Assembly: GCF_006345805.1 (NCBI RefSeq)
Contig: NC_043003.1
Location: 107,446,001-107,510,000 of the forward strand
Direction: 5' to 3'
Source of the DNA: Octopus sinensis
Lineage: Eukaryota
Length of the DNA: 64,000 nucleotides
Shown: positions 25,835 through 38,464 of the stretch, one piece after another
How the letters are laid out: each line of letters opens with the position of its first letter
How positions within the stretch are numbered: position 1 is the first letter of the stretch
Made by a program: the position numbers and the translations under genes
Notes under the pieces: model-generated
Seen by the model: the letters and a program-made list of their open reading frames with translations, nothing else
Databases searched by the model: none
Told to the model about the DNA's origin: nothing

Positions 25835-25882
25835 AGACTCCAACTTCTGTGAAGGATGCCTTGACAACATCACAGCCAGTTG
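25835..25882 (+). pseudogene. Degenerate duplicated cassette exon (acceptor AG mutated to AA)
   Basis: Aligned position reads catttcAA/agactcca vs tatttcAG/ggagtcta; open TPTSVKDALTTSQPV; GTGAGT donor intact; the downstream intron is homologous to 28475-28740. Confidence 0.5.
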
Positions 25883-26689
25883 GTGAGTAGCAAATAACAG
25901 TACCTCATGGATTTCTATAAATTTAACTTTCACCTGAGCATTTGTAGTTTATCAGAATGACTGAGGACAAGATCCATTCCTAATTTACATCTGAAATATT
26001 AGCTGTATAATAATTCTATTAGACATTTTGATATCAATGGAATTTCACAAAATATCCAGCAGGGTTGGCATGGTTCGGAAAATGGATAATTTAGAAGACA
26101 ATAGAATTAATACTGTATTTTGAAACGGGGAACTAAAATATGTAGTTACTAAGTTTACTGATAGGTTATTGCTGTTGTTGCTATTTAGGCAAATATCTCT
26201 CATAATGTGACAGATTTACAATGAAATGTGTTCCTTATGTGAACACCCTGCCTTTTTTTTTCACTGATAATAAATTTATCATTACATCCCCTAAACATTG
26301 TCTTTATCCATGTAAAAGTATTAGGTTTGATGTTGAGACAACCGTTCTCTCTCTCCCTCTCTCTCTCTCCCTCTCTCTTTCTCCCTCTCTCTCCAAGATA
26401 GACACTGATGACCCTCATCATTTATCATCTGATGTCTATGCTCCTATCGATTGGATGGATGATTCCTATCCATGTCAGTTCTTATTAACAAATACTGTCC
26501 GCCTTGATTGGATGAGGAACACATTCCCGCTTTCCTAACATCAACCACTTTAAAAAGGGCCTTGGGCACAATTTTGCTCCAAAAGCCCTGGAAAAATGAT
26601 CATGTCGTCAACAAAATTAAATGCTCCTCTTTAACTTCTACAAGGAAATTCTGTTTGCAGATACTGAGAACAGAAAGCTAAAATACAAT

Positions 26690-27520
26690 AAAGATGAACT
26701 GGATGGATATATGCAGGAGATCCAAAGCAAAAGCAATGATTCCCATTCATAGACAGTTTGAAATGTCCATTGAAACCAGCAATCAAATACCGATTGATTA
26801 GTTCAGACTAATTTCAACCTTGAATATAGATGGCAAGATTTACAAGGTTGTATTCACAAAGAGATCAACTGTAAATCTACAGAATAATGAATATGGGACT
26901 AAAAGTATCTCAAAGACTGGAATCCTCTGGCATTCCTGGCTGTGTGGAACATGTGTCTTAAATCTAGGATGTGATACAAGACGGAAAGAAGAATAAAAGG
27001 GATTGAATGTTGTGTGATTTGATCTGGTTTATGGTTCTCTAGCAAACAAATTGTTGATGGAAGCAGTGGACCTGTTTTATATATGAGAAAAGATTAAGGA
27101 TCTGATGAGGAGCTGCTATAACAATTTCAATATGCAGTTCATGAGGAAAACTTTCTTGGCAGACTGGTATCATTTTGAAACGGGAATTGCTGTAGTTTCT
27201 ACAAAATCAGTCATTTGGTTTGTGATTGGTATGGAGATGTTACTTAAATCAGCAGATTGATAAGAAATGGCTCAAAGGAAAACACTGGAGAAGACATTAA
27301 TGGATTACATAACAATAGTAACAACAAATAAAAGGATATGCAAATAGTTCTGGATTAACTGGGTAGACTGAGGAACTTGGTGAAGAATGTGGTTCAATGC
27401 AAATGAGTAATGCAGCCCGTCATTTGTGAAAGGTCAGCAGAAACAAGTGAAGGTCAAAATAGCAGGAGAAACCCTGATGAAGTTTAAAAGGAAACTTGAA
27501 AAACTAATACGACGATGGTA
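26690..27520 (+). mobile_element. Degenerate RLE-clade (R2/NeSL/HERO-like) non-LTR reverse transcriptase fragment
   Basis: Broken frames read TLNIDGKIY, QNNEY, GIPGCVEHV, YGSL and MDYITIVT (decayed MDD motif). Confidence 0.55.
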
Positions 27521-28402
27521 CACTACCTAATTTTGCAATAAGAGTAAAGGCATTGAGATCATGTCACAGAACGAAGATGGGTTAAAAGAAATAAATATGC
27601 CAAACATTCTGGAAAATAAAAGATTTGGAGCTCGCACTTTGTATTCCCGTCTTTCTTATATATTTTTGAGTATCAGTCCTTTTGTACCATTTCAGATGTT
27701 TTCACTGCAATAATGTGTAGATGTCCAGTTGTATGTAGTGAATGGGGTTTTGTACAAGTGTACAGTGTTTTAGGACACCTGATATCACTTTTTGTTTCAT
27801 CTGTGGAGAACTGATCATTGCTCACCTTTATTAAGGAGTCTTAAAATATTCCCTGCACCAGATAATGACCAGGTGACCTGGGATGTGGGATGATAAAATT
27901 CAAGATTTCCAACAGCAAAGAGATTAGGTATTACCTTTATTTTACTTGAAGTGGTGTGTCATGCATTTGTGACGAGATCTTTGGAGACCACATTGGATGA
28001 TATTGGACTTTAGCAGAAGATGAGGAGAATGGTGGTTAGTTCAGAGGACAGTCACATGTCATAGATTTGGTAGAGATATATGAAAGGAGAGAGAGAACTA
28101 TGAGAAGAAACAGTCTCAGGAAATGATAATTAAATGATTTAATTGCAACATTGTTAGATTATGTAGGATGTCTCTGATAAAGAGAAACAAAGTTTCAGAA
28201 AGTTAGTCTATTTTGTTGCGGGCCTAAATATTGAGCTATTACATGGTCCCACAATGGAAAGTATAAAAATACTGAGCAAAACCCTAGTGGTCACCAGCCA
28301 ACCACTGATGATAACAATGTCCCACAACAATAAACTACAGAATATTTATAGAGATAAATAAGTTTTACAATGAATTATAAAACTTGGAAATATTTATTTC
28401 AG

Positions 28403-28474
28403 GGAGTCTAGTTCTGAAGGAGAGGGATCTTCTGAGAGTGGCTAAGAGGTTAGGACGTGATTGGTGGCAAGTAG
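28403..28474 (+). CDS. Death-domain exon 1
   Basis: tatttcAG acceptor, GTGAGT donor; SLVLKERDLLRVAKRLGRDWWQV (typical death-fold helix 1-2, LGxDW); phase 1 to 1. Confidence 0.8.
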
Positions 28475-29339
28475 GTGAGTATATTTGATTTCTATATATT
28501 TTACTTTCACCTGATCTATTTTATTTGTCAGAATGAATGAGAACAAGTTACATTCCTCATTTCCAATTGATAGGTTACCTGTATGACAATTTTATTTACG
28601 ATATTCCTGATATTTCATAAAATATCAACTGAGGTTAGCATGGTTGGTAATAATGGATAAACTAGAAAATACAAATGGCATTTAATATTATTTTTTGGAA
28701 GAGGGAACTAAAATATATTGTTTAAGGGTAAACAGGTGAGTGAATTTCTTTTACATTTTCTTTAGGTTCAATGTTAGGTTATTGTAATGAAGGACAAGTA
28801 CCAAAGTTCACATCTAAAACAAAGCATCTTTATTCAAACAGAAGACTTTGAGTTTGGTTCTTCTTGCAGCCATTATTTATTGGGTTATTGTGTTGGAAGC
28901 TGATAATTCCAATTTATTTTGCCATTTTGCAATGACTTTACCACATGACATATGTCTGTAAATGCTTCAATAAAAAGAGATTTAATAAAGGTGACACAGC
29001 GAAATCCTATCATTCTCCTCAGGCGAAAAACAGAGAATTTCTTTAAGGGAATTTACCAGAAAATGAACATTCACAATTCAAGCCGAACTGCAGAGGGCAT
29101 CTCTCATTGAGACTGACATAATAATAACTGAATAGGCTTTGAAGAATTGATCGAACCTGGAGTTCATTGGAGAAGTTTGAAATGGGATTGAGTTTGACTT
29201 AGAATTATCGACTGTTGGACAATCACTGATCATTTGATTTCCAGTGTCCTCTTGGGAACTTTGCAAGGTAGTAGATGGCACAGAGGGACAGTACTTTCAT
29301 GACCCTTTGAATACCAGGTCTGAAATCTAACAGAATATG

Positions 29340-29705
29340 ACAGATGTATGGGGTTCTTCTAAAGGGTCTTTGGTACTCAATAGGATTTACAGTTCAGAGA
29401 TCTGGGAGTCTCTCCAGGTTGAGCCACGTCTCCTCCACATCTGTGGTACCTCGGACATGTGATCAGGGTGTTGCAGCAATGAATTACAGGACAGGTTCTC
29501 AAAGTCAAACCAATGGAACAGGATACCGAGGGGGAGGCCAAGAAAGAAATGGTTGGATGATATCCATAGTCTTAGTTCTTCACATCATAGAATACAAGCA
29601 GAATGTCTAATGATGGATGCTTCTGATAGGACCCTATGGAGGAGGTGCCTGAGGACTCTTTCACCACAGCCCTTTCAGGAATATTGAGCGGAGGAAATGG
29701 ATGGA
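29340..29705 (+). mobile_element. RTE-clade LINE 3' fragment, degenerate
   Basis: WYLGHVIR and GRPRKKWLDDI motifs, followed by a ggat-type tail. Confidence 0.55.
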
Positions 29706-30038
29706 TCATATGCTTTCACTGTTGGAGGTCAATGTTAATTCTTGAGGTTCTGATATACTTTTGCCTCCACAAAAGTTTTCCTGCCCTCATTTACCATATA
29801 TTTTCTCAAGTATAATTTTCAATTAATTTTCTTTAAAAATCTCACTTAATTCAAACTCTTTGTAATTTTTGTCTATAGAAAACAATGTCTTATATTTTTC
29901 ATGTTTCTTAGCTATTTCTTTTTTTACTTCTCTATTGATAAAGTTTGTTTGTTATATTCATAACAACCTACAGTACACAGCGTTTTATGTTATTGTCAAT
30001 GTTGTTGCATTTATTTCTTATTGTTGTGTCTTTTGCAG

Positions 30039-30238
30039 CTATTTTTTTAGAAGTTGATACAACTGAACTGAAAATTGATGATGAGTCTATTGTCACTGTA
30101 AAACAAGGCTACCTGATGCTTAACGAATGGTTCAAAAATTGCGACCCAGAAACACGGACACACGCAACATTAAGTGCAGCTCTTGAAGAAGCTGAATGTT
30201 TCGCTGCGATGGAATGTCTGTCATTAGACGCAAAGTGA
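30039..30238 (+). CDS. Death-domain exon 2, terminal coding exon
   Basis: tcttttgcAG acceptor; (A)IFLEVDTTELKIDDESIVTVKQGYLMLNEWFKNCDPETRTHATLSAALEEAECFAAMECLSLDAK-TGA; phase 1 fits 28474. Confidence 0.85.
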
Positions 30239-31199
30239 ATTTCTGTGTAACTGTTGTTGTTTAGCCTCAGACTAACCTTGACCAAACAGAGACTTATGAT
30301 CAAACACATTCCAGCCAGGACCATCATGCCTATTTCCAAAGAGAACCCACAACCACATTGTCCAATATGCCCTTCTGTACAGTGATATCGTGTGAATTTA
30401 GCTACCAACAGGTATATCAACCACATAGTGATCCCTTCACTGGTTTGGCTCCTTTGTTAAAAATTCACATTTAAAATAAAGACAAACTTTGAAATGTTCA
30501 TTTATTGTTGTTGCTGTTGTTGTATATCTAATTTATTGTTGTTGCTGTTGTTGTATATTTAATCCCCTCCCTAAACAACCCCAACAGCTTTAATATCTTC
30601 AGCTATATTGATAGTTATCTACCTTCAGTTTTAGCTGAGAGTAGAATGCCTGGTATATATATATATATAGATGTCTTTTCCCTTTATATATCCTATAGAG
30701 ATAGTATTTCTATATAATGCATGATGTATCTAAGGATATATCTCACTTCGTGCTGTTGTGGTTTAAGACAGGCCTCTCCAAAGTGGCGGTGGTTGAATAA
30801 AAATTCAGGGAGTTTTGAGTGCAATATACAATATTTTAATTTTATATTCTTACTTTATGACCTTTGTTATTTACTAATTACTGAAATTTTCGTCTGCAAA
30901 AAAAGAACTTCACTATTATACATATGAAAATAAATCCAAAAAATTATAATTAAACAATAGCTGTGCTGAAAAAGTCTGAGATAATAAAATAATGACACAA
31001 CATTTGTTGTTTTAATTGCATGTGATTGTGGAAAAGCCACAGTATCTCTCTCTTTTTAAATAACTTCAGGTAAAGGAAGAGTACAATTCTTCCCTACAAT
31101 ATTTACCTTCATATTACTCCACTGTTATTACATGTTATTTTAATTTGACATTAGATTTCAAGTTTTTACAGCAGAGACCAAGATTAAATAAGTAAAACA

Positions 31200-34100
31200 C
31201 ATGAGACCTTCATGTACCATTCGGTGTTGCTACATGGTTTTACTTCACAAAGACTTTTTAGCAACTGCCATTTGGTGCATGAGAGAGTTCGATGCAGCTG
31301 CCCTTATCTGCACCTCCTGCCGTGAAGTTGGTTCATCTGGGATACCTGACAGGAAGAGATCCAGTTTCATTTTAAAGACATCTGCATCCACCCCATGCAG
31401 GTCTCTTAGGTTCTTCAGGAGGATATTGAAGAGCTGTGGGCCTCGGAAGCCCAGGCTATCACAGTATCTTGTCCTACATCTTGATGGCAAATTTTGGTGT
31501 CCTAGGCACCACGCAGTGGCGCCCAGTTCTGGCATTTGTGTAACTCTTGATGCCAAAGTTTGGGACAAGTCCCTCCAGGATCTTCCAGATGTATATTATG
31601 GCATATCTTTCCCGCCTACACTCCAAGGAATATAGTTTCAATCTCTTGAGTCTTTCCCAGTAGCTTATATTCTGCATAGAAGCTATCTTCTTCGTGTAGT
31701 TACGTTGGATCGCCTCAAGTTCTGTGATCAACTTGACACTGGATGGTGACCATAACTGAGAGCAATAGTCAAAGTGGCTTAGGACAAGTGTCCTCCAGAG
31801 GACCATCATGGTTTCTTGTTCTCTTGTTCTAAAGGTTCTGAGAATCCATCCGGCCAGTCGTCTACATTTCATTGCCAATTTAGCAATATGTACACGAAAG
31901 GTTGCGTCATCACTCATGTAAATACCCAGGTCACGCACTGATTGTGCCTCTGGGATTGCAATTCCTCTGGGTCCAGTGTATTCATTGGGTATTGCATTTA
32001 GTTTTGCATGCTGATAGTATAAAGCTTGAAACTTTTCAGCATTGAACTGCATGCTATTCTTTTCAGCCCACTTGTATATTTTGTCCAGCTCACATTGCAG
32101 GCGTTTAGTGTCCTCAGGGTTTTGTATTGCCTGTGAAACTTTTGTATCATCTGCATAACTTGTGATCGTAGCTCTCTGCGTGGCTGAGGGCATGTCTGAG
32201 AGGGCCATTATGAACAGTAGTGGTCCCAAAACAGTGCCCTGCGGAACACCGCTCACTATTTGCGTGTTAATGGAAGTTGGCTACTACCACCTGACTTCTA
32301 TCTTTCAGAAAGTCATGAAGCCATTCTCCCAGTTTTCCAACTATGTTGAGATCACGCAGTTTGTGACATATTCCATGATCGACTTTATCAAAAGCCTTTG
32401 CAAAGTCGAGATATATGACTTCCACATTTGAGTGGTTGAGCAGTCTTTCAGTACCCAGTCATAGTGTTGTAGGAGCTGAGTTAAACAGCTTCTCCCTGGT
32501 CGGAAACCATGTTGGGTGTCGGGCAGCAAGTCATTTTCTTCAAGGAAGGTGATCAGTTTCCTTCTGACTATTCGTTCCATGACCTTGCTGATGTGTGAGG
32601 TCAGAGAGATAGGTCTGTAGTTCTTGGCCTCCGCTCTGCTACCTCCTTTATGAATAGGGCATATTTTACCTTCCTTCAGTTTTCTTGGAAGTTTGCCAGC
32701 TGCAAGGAAGCTCTGAAAGAGGAACTGCAGTGGTCTTGCTAGGACTCTCTTACATACTTTTAGGAGGATTGCCGGGAATCCATCGGGGTCAGTAGCTGAG
32801 TCTGTTTTCATTTCATCTATAGCCTTTATTACATCGTCTTCCTTTATATCGATGTAATTTATCGTCGCCGCCTCTGATTTTATATCTGCAGTGGTAAAGA
32901 AGTCAGTTGGATTGGTGATTTGGAAATGCCCAAGGGGTGGAGTGAAAACACTCTTGAATTGCTCATTCAGTATTTCACTTACCCTCATTGGTTTTCCTGT
33001 GAGTGTGCCATCCTTTTCAAGGAGTGGCCCTATCCTACAGCGCACCGTAGCTGTTTCTTTGGCATACCTGTAGAAAGCTCTGGGGTTAGATTTTATGTTG
33101 TCTATAGCCCAGGCTTCTTTGTCTGCTCTTTCCTTTTCATGGGAGAGTTGCAGACATTTTTCAATTTCCAACAGTTTTATTTTCAGGCGGGACTTTTCAT
33201 TGCTTTCAATTTGTTTGTTTAGGCGATTTGAAATTTTTGTATGCCGTCTCATTAAAATTTTCCTCTCTCTGGGGATTTTGTTCTTGTGTACAGTGGCCTT
33301 TCTCTCTGGGACACATTTGTAGCATATGGCTTGCATTACAGACATGAATTGTTGAAGTTTCACGTCGATATCTGATGAGGAGAGACATTCAGGCCAGTTT
33401 TGTTTGAAGATCTCTTTCTCAATTTGTTTCCAGTTTGCCTTATGGTAGTTCAAGCTGGAAAGATTCTGAGGGTTTCTTGTAGGCTGCATGTCCGTGCTCT
33501 CTTTTGGCCCGTACATGGTCAGCTCTACCATATTGTGATCCGAGAGTAGTGTCGGTGTCACTTTCACATTATGGATGAGATCCATATTATTTGTGAAGCA
33601 GAGATCCAGTGTGTTACCTGCCCTGGTTGGTTGGAGTATTACTTGCTCCATGTACAGGGTGTTGGTGAGGTTCAGGAGGGACCTCGCCTGTCCTCATTCA
33701 CATCTTGTCATTCCTGGGAGAGAAAGGCCCTCGGGCCATCTGACATTGGGTAGATTGAAGTCTCCCATAAGAAGTACACTTATGTGTTGTTCTAATGTGA
33801 TTAGAACTTCTTCTATTTTTATAAGGCAGTCTTCAAACTTGCCTACATGGCTTGGGGCATCTGGAGGGCGATATGTAGCACACACAACTATATCAAGTTG
33901 CCTTATATGTACAATTAGTGTGTCACACACCGAGTTTGAGTATGACAAAAGGACCTGGGGTGTGAGGTCCTCACGGATGTACATAGCAACTCCTCCATGA
34001 CTCCTTTCTTTTCTGTTGGTCCGTAGTACAACATACTGTGGTATGTGTAATTCCGCATCTGCTATGTCCGGTTTCAGGTGCGTTTCCGTAAGTGCTATGC

Positions 34101-34667
34101 ATAAGGCTTGATTGCATGCAACAAAGTCTCTCAAGAACGGGATTTTTGTCCTGTTGCTGAGTGCTTGCAGTCCTCTGATGTTCAGTAGGAGCATCGAGGT
34201 GAGGTGTATGTTGTTGCCGGCGGTGTCCATCTTGGGTCTGTTTGCTGTGGTGGTCTTGTATATTGTGGGTAGTCCCACCTGCGAGCTTGGGTTTGATGAA
34301 GCCAGGTTAGCTGCTGTACAATCTTTTGTGCCATGCACAAAAAAGATTCTTGCTCAGCAGCTGCCCTTTCAACATCATGTTGGCGGTTTGTAGCACGCAC
34401 CACATCTGCGTACCTCCGTTTTGGGGCAGGTAGTGCGTGGTCCATCCCTTTTCCTTTTGTTGATGGTTTGTTTCTTATCTGTTTCGTGTCTCTGCGGGAG
34501 GGTCCCCGATGTGCAAAGCGGCAGCCTGCACCTTCCTCTCCATGCCAGCAGGTACCTCTCAGGTAGAACCTACACACCCGTGTGCGCTGTTTGTTTCCAT
34601 CCTTTGTGGTTCCACTTCTATTCCTGGCTGTTTCACCCTTTGGTCCTGCTTGAGCTTTTCCTTTAGT
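31200..34667 (-). mobile_element. CR1-group LINE, near full length, frameshifted
   Basis: ORF1 with CCCH-like CRFYLRGTCWHGEEGAGCRFAH; AP endonuclease (LNIRGL, ETHL, GGVAMY, GDFN); RT with SGVPQGTVLGPLLF and YADD. Confidence 0.9.
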
Positions 34668-34877
34668 CACCCCCACCTGGTGGACACCCGGGAAGTGAAC
34701 CCAAGTGCAAGTGCTCCTACCAACAACAAAGGCCATGGAGATAAAGAATCCAAGGAAGAAATAGAGGGAGGAAGAACTAAAACAAGGACTAAAAGAACTA
34801 AAAGAAAAGCTCAAGCAGGACCAAAGGGTGAAACGGCCAGGAATAGAAGTGGAACCACAAAGGATGGAAACAAACAG
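34668..34877 (+). mobile_element. Inverted 5' piece of the CR1-like ORF1
   Basis: 34797-34877 is the reverse complement of 34587-34667 (AQAGPKGETARNRSGTTKDGNKQ is read on both strands). Confidence 0.8.
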
Positions 34878-35923
34878 TCAATACGAATAGAAGCGACGAG
34901 AGGGGGCATCCCTGACGGACCAAACGTGCGATGTCGAAAGGTCTCGATAGATGTCCATTTACGTGAATTACCGAACGGATGCCTCTGTACAAAGCGGCTA
35001 TCCAGCCACAGAAGACAGGACCGAAACCAGCCGCTCCGAGGACAGCCTCCAAATATCGATGGTCTACCCTATCGAAAGCTTTCGATTGATCCAAATTGAT
35101 CAGCGCCCCACCCATGCCAGGTTCCTTAACTACCCTGTCTATGATGTAGCGCATCAGGTGGAGGTTGTCATGGATGCTCCGGCCCGTCATGGCGCGCGTT
35201 TGCGCCTTGTCGACCAGTTTCTCGATGACAAGCGCCAACCTCTTGGCTAACACCTTGGCCAAAATTTTCAAGTCTGCATTAAGCAGAGTGATTGGCCTAA
35301 AGTTATCTATTACATTCCCCTTTCTTCAGTTACGTCTCCTCGGCTCACAAAACCAGGAATGCTCCCGTTTTGCTGCCAGTTGCAGAACACCGCTGCCAAG
35401 ACGTCTCCAAACAAGTCTGGCATACAACTGTAAAGCTCGTAGGGTAGACCATCCAAACCCAGCGATTTGTCCCTCGAGCATTCTGCCATCGCGTCCTGCA
35501 CTTCCGCCGCTGTGATGGCACCTTCGCAACACCCTGTCTCTCTTGTCGAGAGTCGTGGTAGTCTGTGTAGGTAGGCACTGAAGTCCACCCTACGTTCTTG
35601 CCCGCTACTTGTCCCGAACAGTCGGGCAAAATGCTGTTGAAAAGCCTCACGTATTTTACTTGGCTCGAGCAATTCGCGCCCCTGTTCATCTACCAGAGAC
35701 CGAATGGTGACTCTGTTGCCCTGTTGTGTCTCGGCCTCTCTCGCAGCTCCAACACCTTCGTTCCTTAGAGCACACATCCTAGCTCTGACAACACACCCTT
35801 CGTGTTTGGCATTGAAGTGTTGGTTGAGGGCCAACCTCGCCGCCAAAACGTCGAATGTGATGCTGCTTCTAATTGCCTCTTCTAGCTTCTTAACTAGCTC
35901 ACCCTCTACTCTATTTCCATCTA
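34878..35923 (-). mobile_element. Tx1/L1-clade LINE internal RT fragment
   Basis: GLDGLPYELY, KILAKVLAKRL, GRSIHDNL, LDQSKAFDRVDH, VRQGCPLS; cut off before the YADD motif at the junction. Confidence 0.85.
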
Positions 35924-35929
35924 TGGCTT

Positions 35930-35942
35930 GGATGGATAGATG

Positions 35943-36025
<83 letters not shown>

Positions 36026-36042
36026 GGATGGATAGATGGCTG

Positions 36043-36078
<36 letters not shown>
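35930..36078. repeat. (GATA)n microsatellite
   Basis: tagatagata run. Confidence 0.95.
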
Positions 36079-36079
<1 letters not shown>

Positions 36080-36674
36080 CATGACTGATCTACTTAAGTT
36101 TTCTCCACTCCTGTCCAACTTTCCTTTTATGTTCAGGGTCTCCCTGGAATGTTTTGACACCAAATAATATTGCACCAACCCTTTTTATTTTAATTTTCCT
36201 TCTCCTGGTGTTTATATCATTGCCTTGTTTGCATGCTGAGTGGCTGACAAGTACAGAATATGACCTACAAGATGAAAACAACACAGCACCTGTTTTGCAG
36301 TTGCTGGAATTTATTTTGCAGGAGAATTTTTTTCAGTTCTGATTCTGCCTACCCATGTCACTTTGTGGATCTTCTGTAGGCATTATTGATGGGATGTGTG
36401 CAGGTCTTCAGTTCCTTTACTGCCATTATTGGTGGGAAATGTGTAGTTTTTTTTAGCCACCTTTATTGTCATTTTCCACGTTTCCTTATTATACAGAAAG
36501 ATAAAATATGTACTAAATTCAAATAAGTAGCAGAAGCAATCTTACCACCTAAACCTTTGAAGGTGGTGTCTTAATATGGTTGTAGTTTAGTAACCAAAAG
36601 CAAAGACTATAAACTCTCAAATAGTGTTTTCTGGTCATGTTACTGCCATTTGAATTGTCCTAAATTAAAGTTAA

Positions 36675-36893
36675 CCCTTTTGATTCCACCCTGCGTGAGA
36701 CCTCTCTGGTTTTGTGACAGAAACTTCCTGTTTTAAAATGATTTGAAATAAAACCTTCCATCAAAATTTCATGTTTATGTTCCAAACAACAGCTTAGTAT
36801 TGAGAAAGTTACTTCTACTAAACTCTTCATTATTTTCATAATTTAATTGAAATAAAGACAGTATATTTCATTAGAAATATGTTATGAAAAGGG
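36675..36893. mobile_element. piggyBac-type MITE
   Basis: ttaa-CCCTTTT...AAAAGGG-ttac termini. Confidence 0.5.
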
Positions 36894-38327
36894 TTACATT
36901 TTCTTGCACCACAGAAAGTTATTTTCAAAATGGTGAAGCAAAGTATTTCAAAAATATTTGGCTAAAACCCTATTTAAAATGATACAACAAATCATGCTGA
37001 AAATTAAAAATGATGAATTTCAGAAGAAAACCCATTCCTATCATTCCTAATGGACTTCATGTTCTAAACACATTGGGGATGATTCAATCAAGTACCATGT
37101 CCTATGAAATTTATTAATTTTGGTTAAAGAATAAATCTTTCTATTAGAATAAGGATGGGGACACACGAGTTTCTGCAGAGTTTCCATATACCAAATTTCA
37201 TTCTAGGTTACTTAATCTGTGAAGTGATCCTAACCATCTTTATTATTACTATTCTTAGTAAGGTGGCAAGCTGGCAGAATCAATTAGTACACTGGACAAA
37301 ATACTTAATGGCATATTTTCCAGTTCTTTGTTCTGGGCCAACTTTGCTGTTCATCTTTTCAGGGTCGGTAAAATAAGTACTGCTTGAACACAGGAGTCAA
37401 TGTAATTGACTTAACCCCTTAGAATTACTGGCCTTGTGCCAAAATTAGCAAGAAATATTACTATTCTTAGTATTGTCTGTTCTTCCATAAGTTGTGAAAA
37501 TTTGTTGATAGTTTCCCTTTCTGAAAGTATTATTTTCATTTTTTTGCCAGTAAACTGGCTACAGCCTGGTTCCTTTTTGTTTTTCATGTTTGAAGTTATA
37601 TTTTGAAAATTTTCTTTTGTGTACTTCTACTATAAGAAGAAATTTTAATAACATCTGTCATCTTTGCTAGTCAGCCAGTAAAAGATAAAAAGGAGATGTG
37701 ATTCAAGTAACCAAAATGAATTTTGCCACTCAAAGCTTCTCTTTATGCAATAAGTGGTAGTAATAATCTATTGAACAGCTACAGCAACAACACTGAGGCT
37801 GAAAAAGGAATCATTATTATCAGCATCATATTTGAAACAATGATAAAAGCATCATCATTATCATTTTGTGGTTATTATCCAAATGGAAATTTTTTTTTCC
37901 TTTAGATTACTAATCAGATGAAATGAATAGTTATATAAATTGATATAACTGGTTACATCTCTCTCCAAGCAATTTTGGCCTTGATCCAATATTGGACATC
38001 ATTATTATCCTTATTTAGCTTAATAAAGTAAAGCCAGGATGCAATTATTGCCATTTGAAATAAAGGTGCCATTTGCCAAAGAAATGCATAATAATAATAA
38101 TAATAATAATACTAAACACCATACAGTATTTAGTTTTGTTCTGTTTATAGTAAATTCAAATTCTGTCAGAATTGCCTGTTTCTTTCACAAGAAATGATAA
38201 CAACAGCAGCAGTTGGAACTTCTTTATCTGTGTTTAACTCAATCACACATTTTTTTGTAAGTTGAAATTGGATACTAACCCTCCATCTGGTTAAATGCAA
38301 CTTAAATTCTTAACCTTTTCAATGTAT

Positions 38328-38464
38328 AGGCATAGGAGTGGCTGAGTGGTAAGTAGCTTGCTTACGAACCACATGGTTCTGAGTTCAGTCCCACTGCGTG
38401 GCACCTTGGCAAGCGTCTTCTACTATAGCCTCGGGCTGACCAAAGCCTTGTGAGTAGATTTGGT
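38328..38464 (+). mobile_element. CORE-like SINE (family B) 5' half, interrupted by an RTE
   Basis: aggcataggagtggctgagtggtaagtagcttgc...gccttgtgagtagatttggt; resumes at ~40437. Confidence 0.85.
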
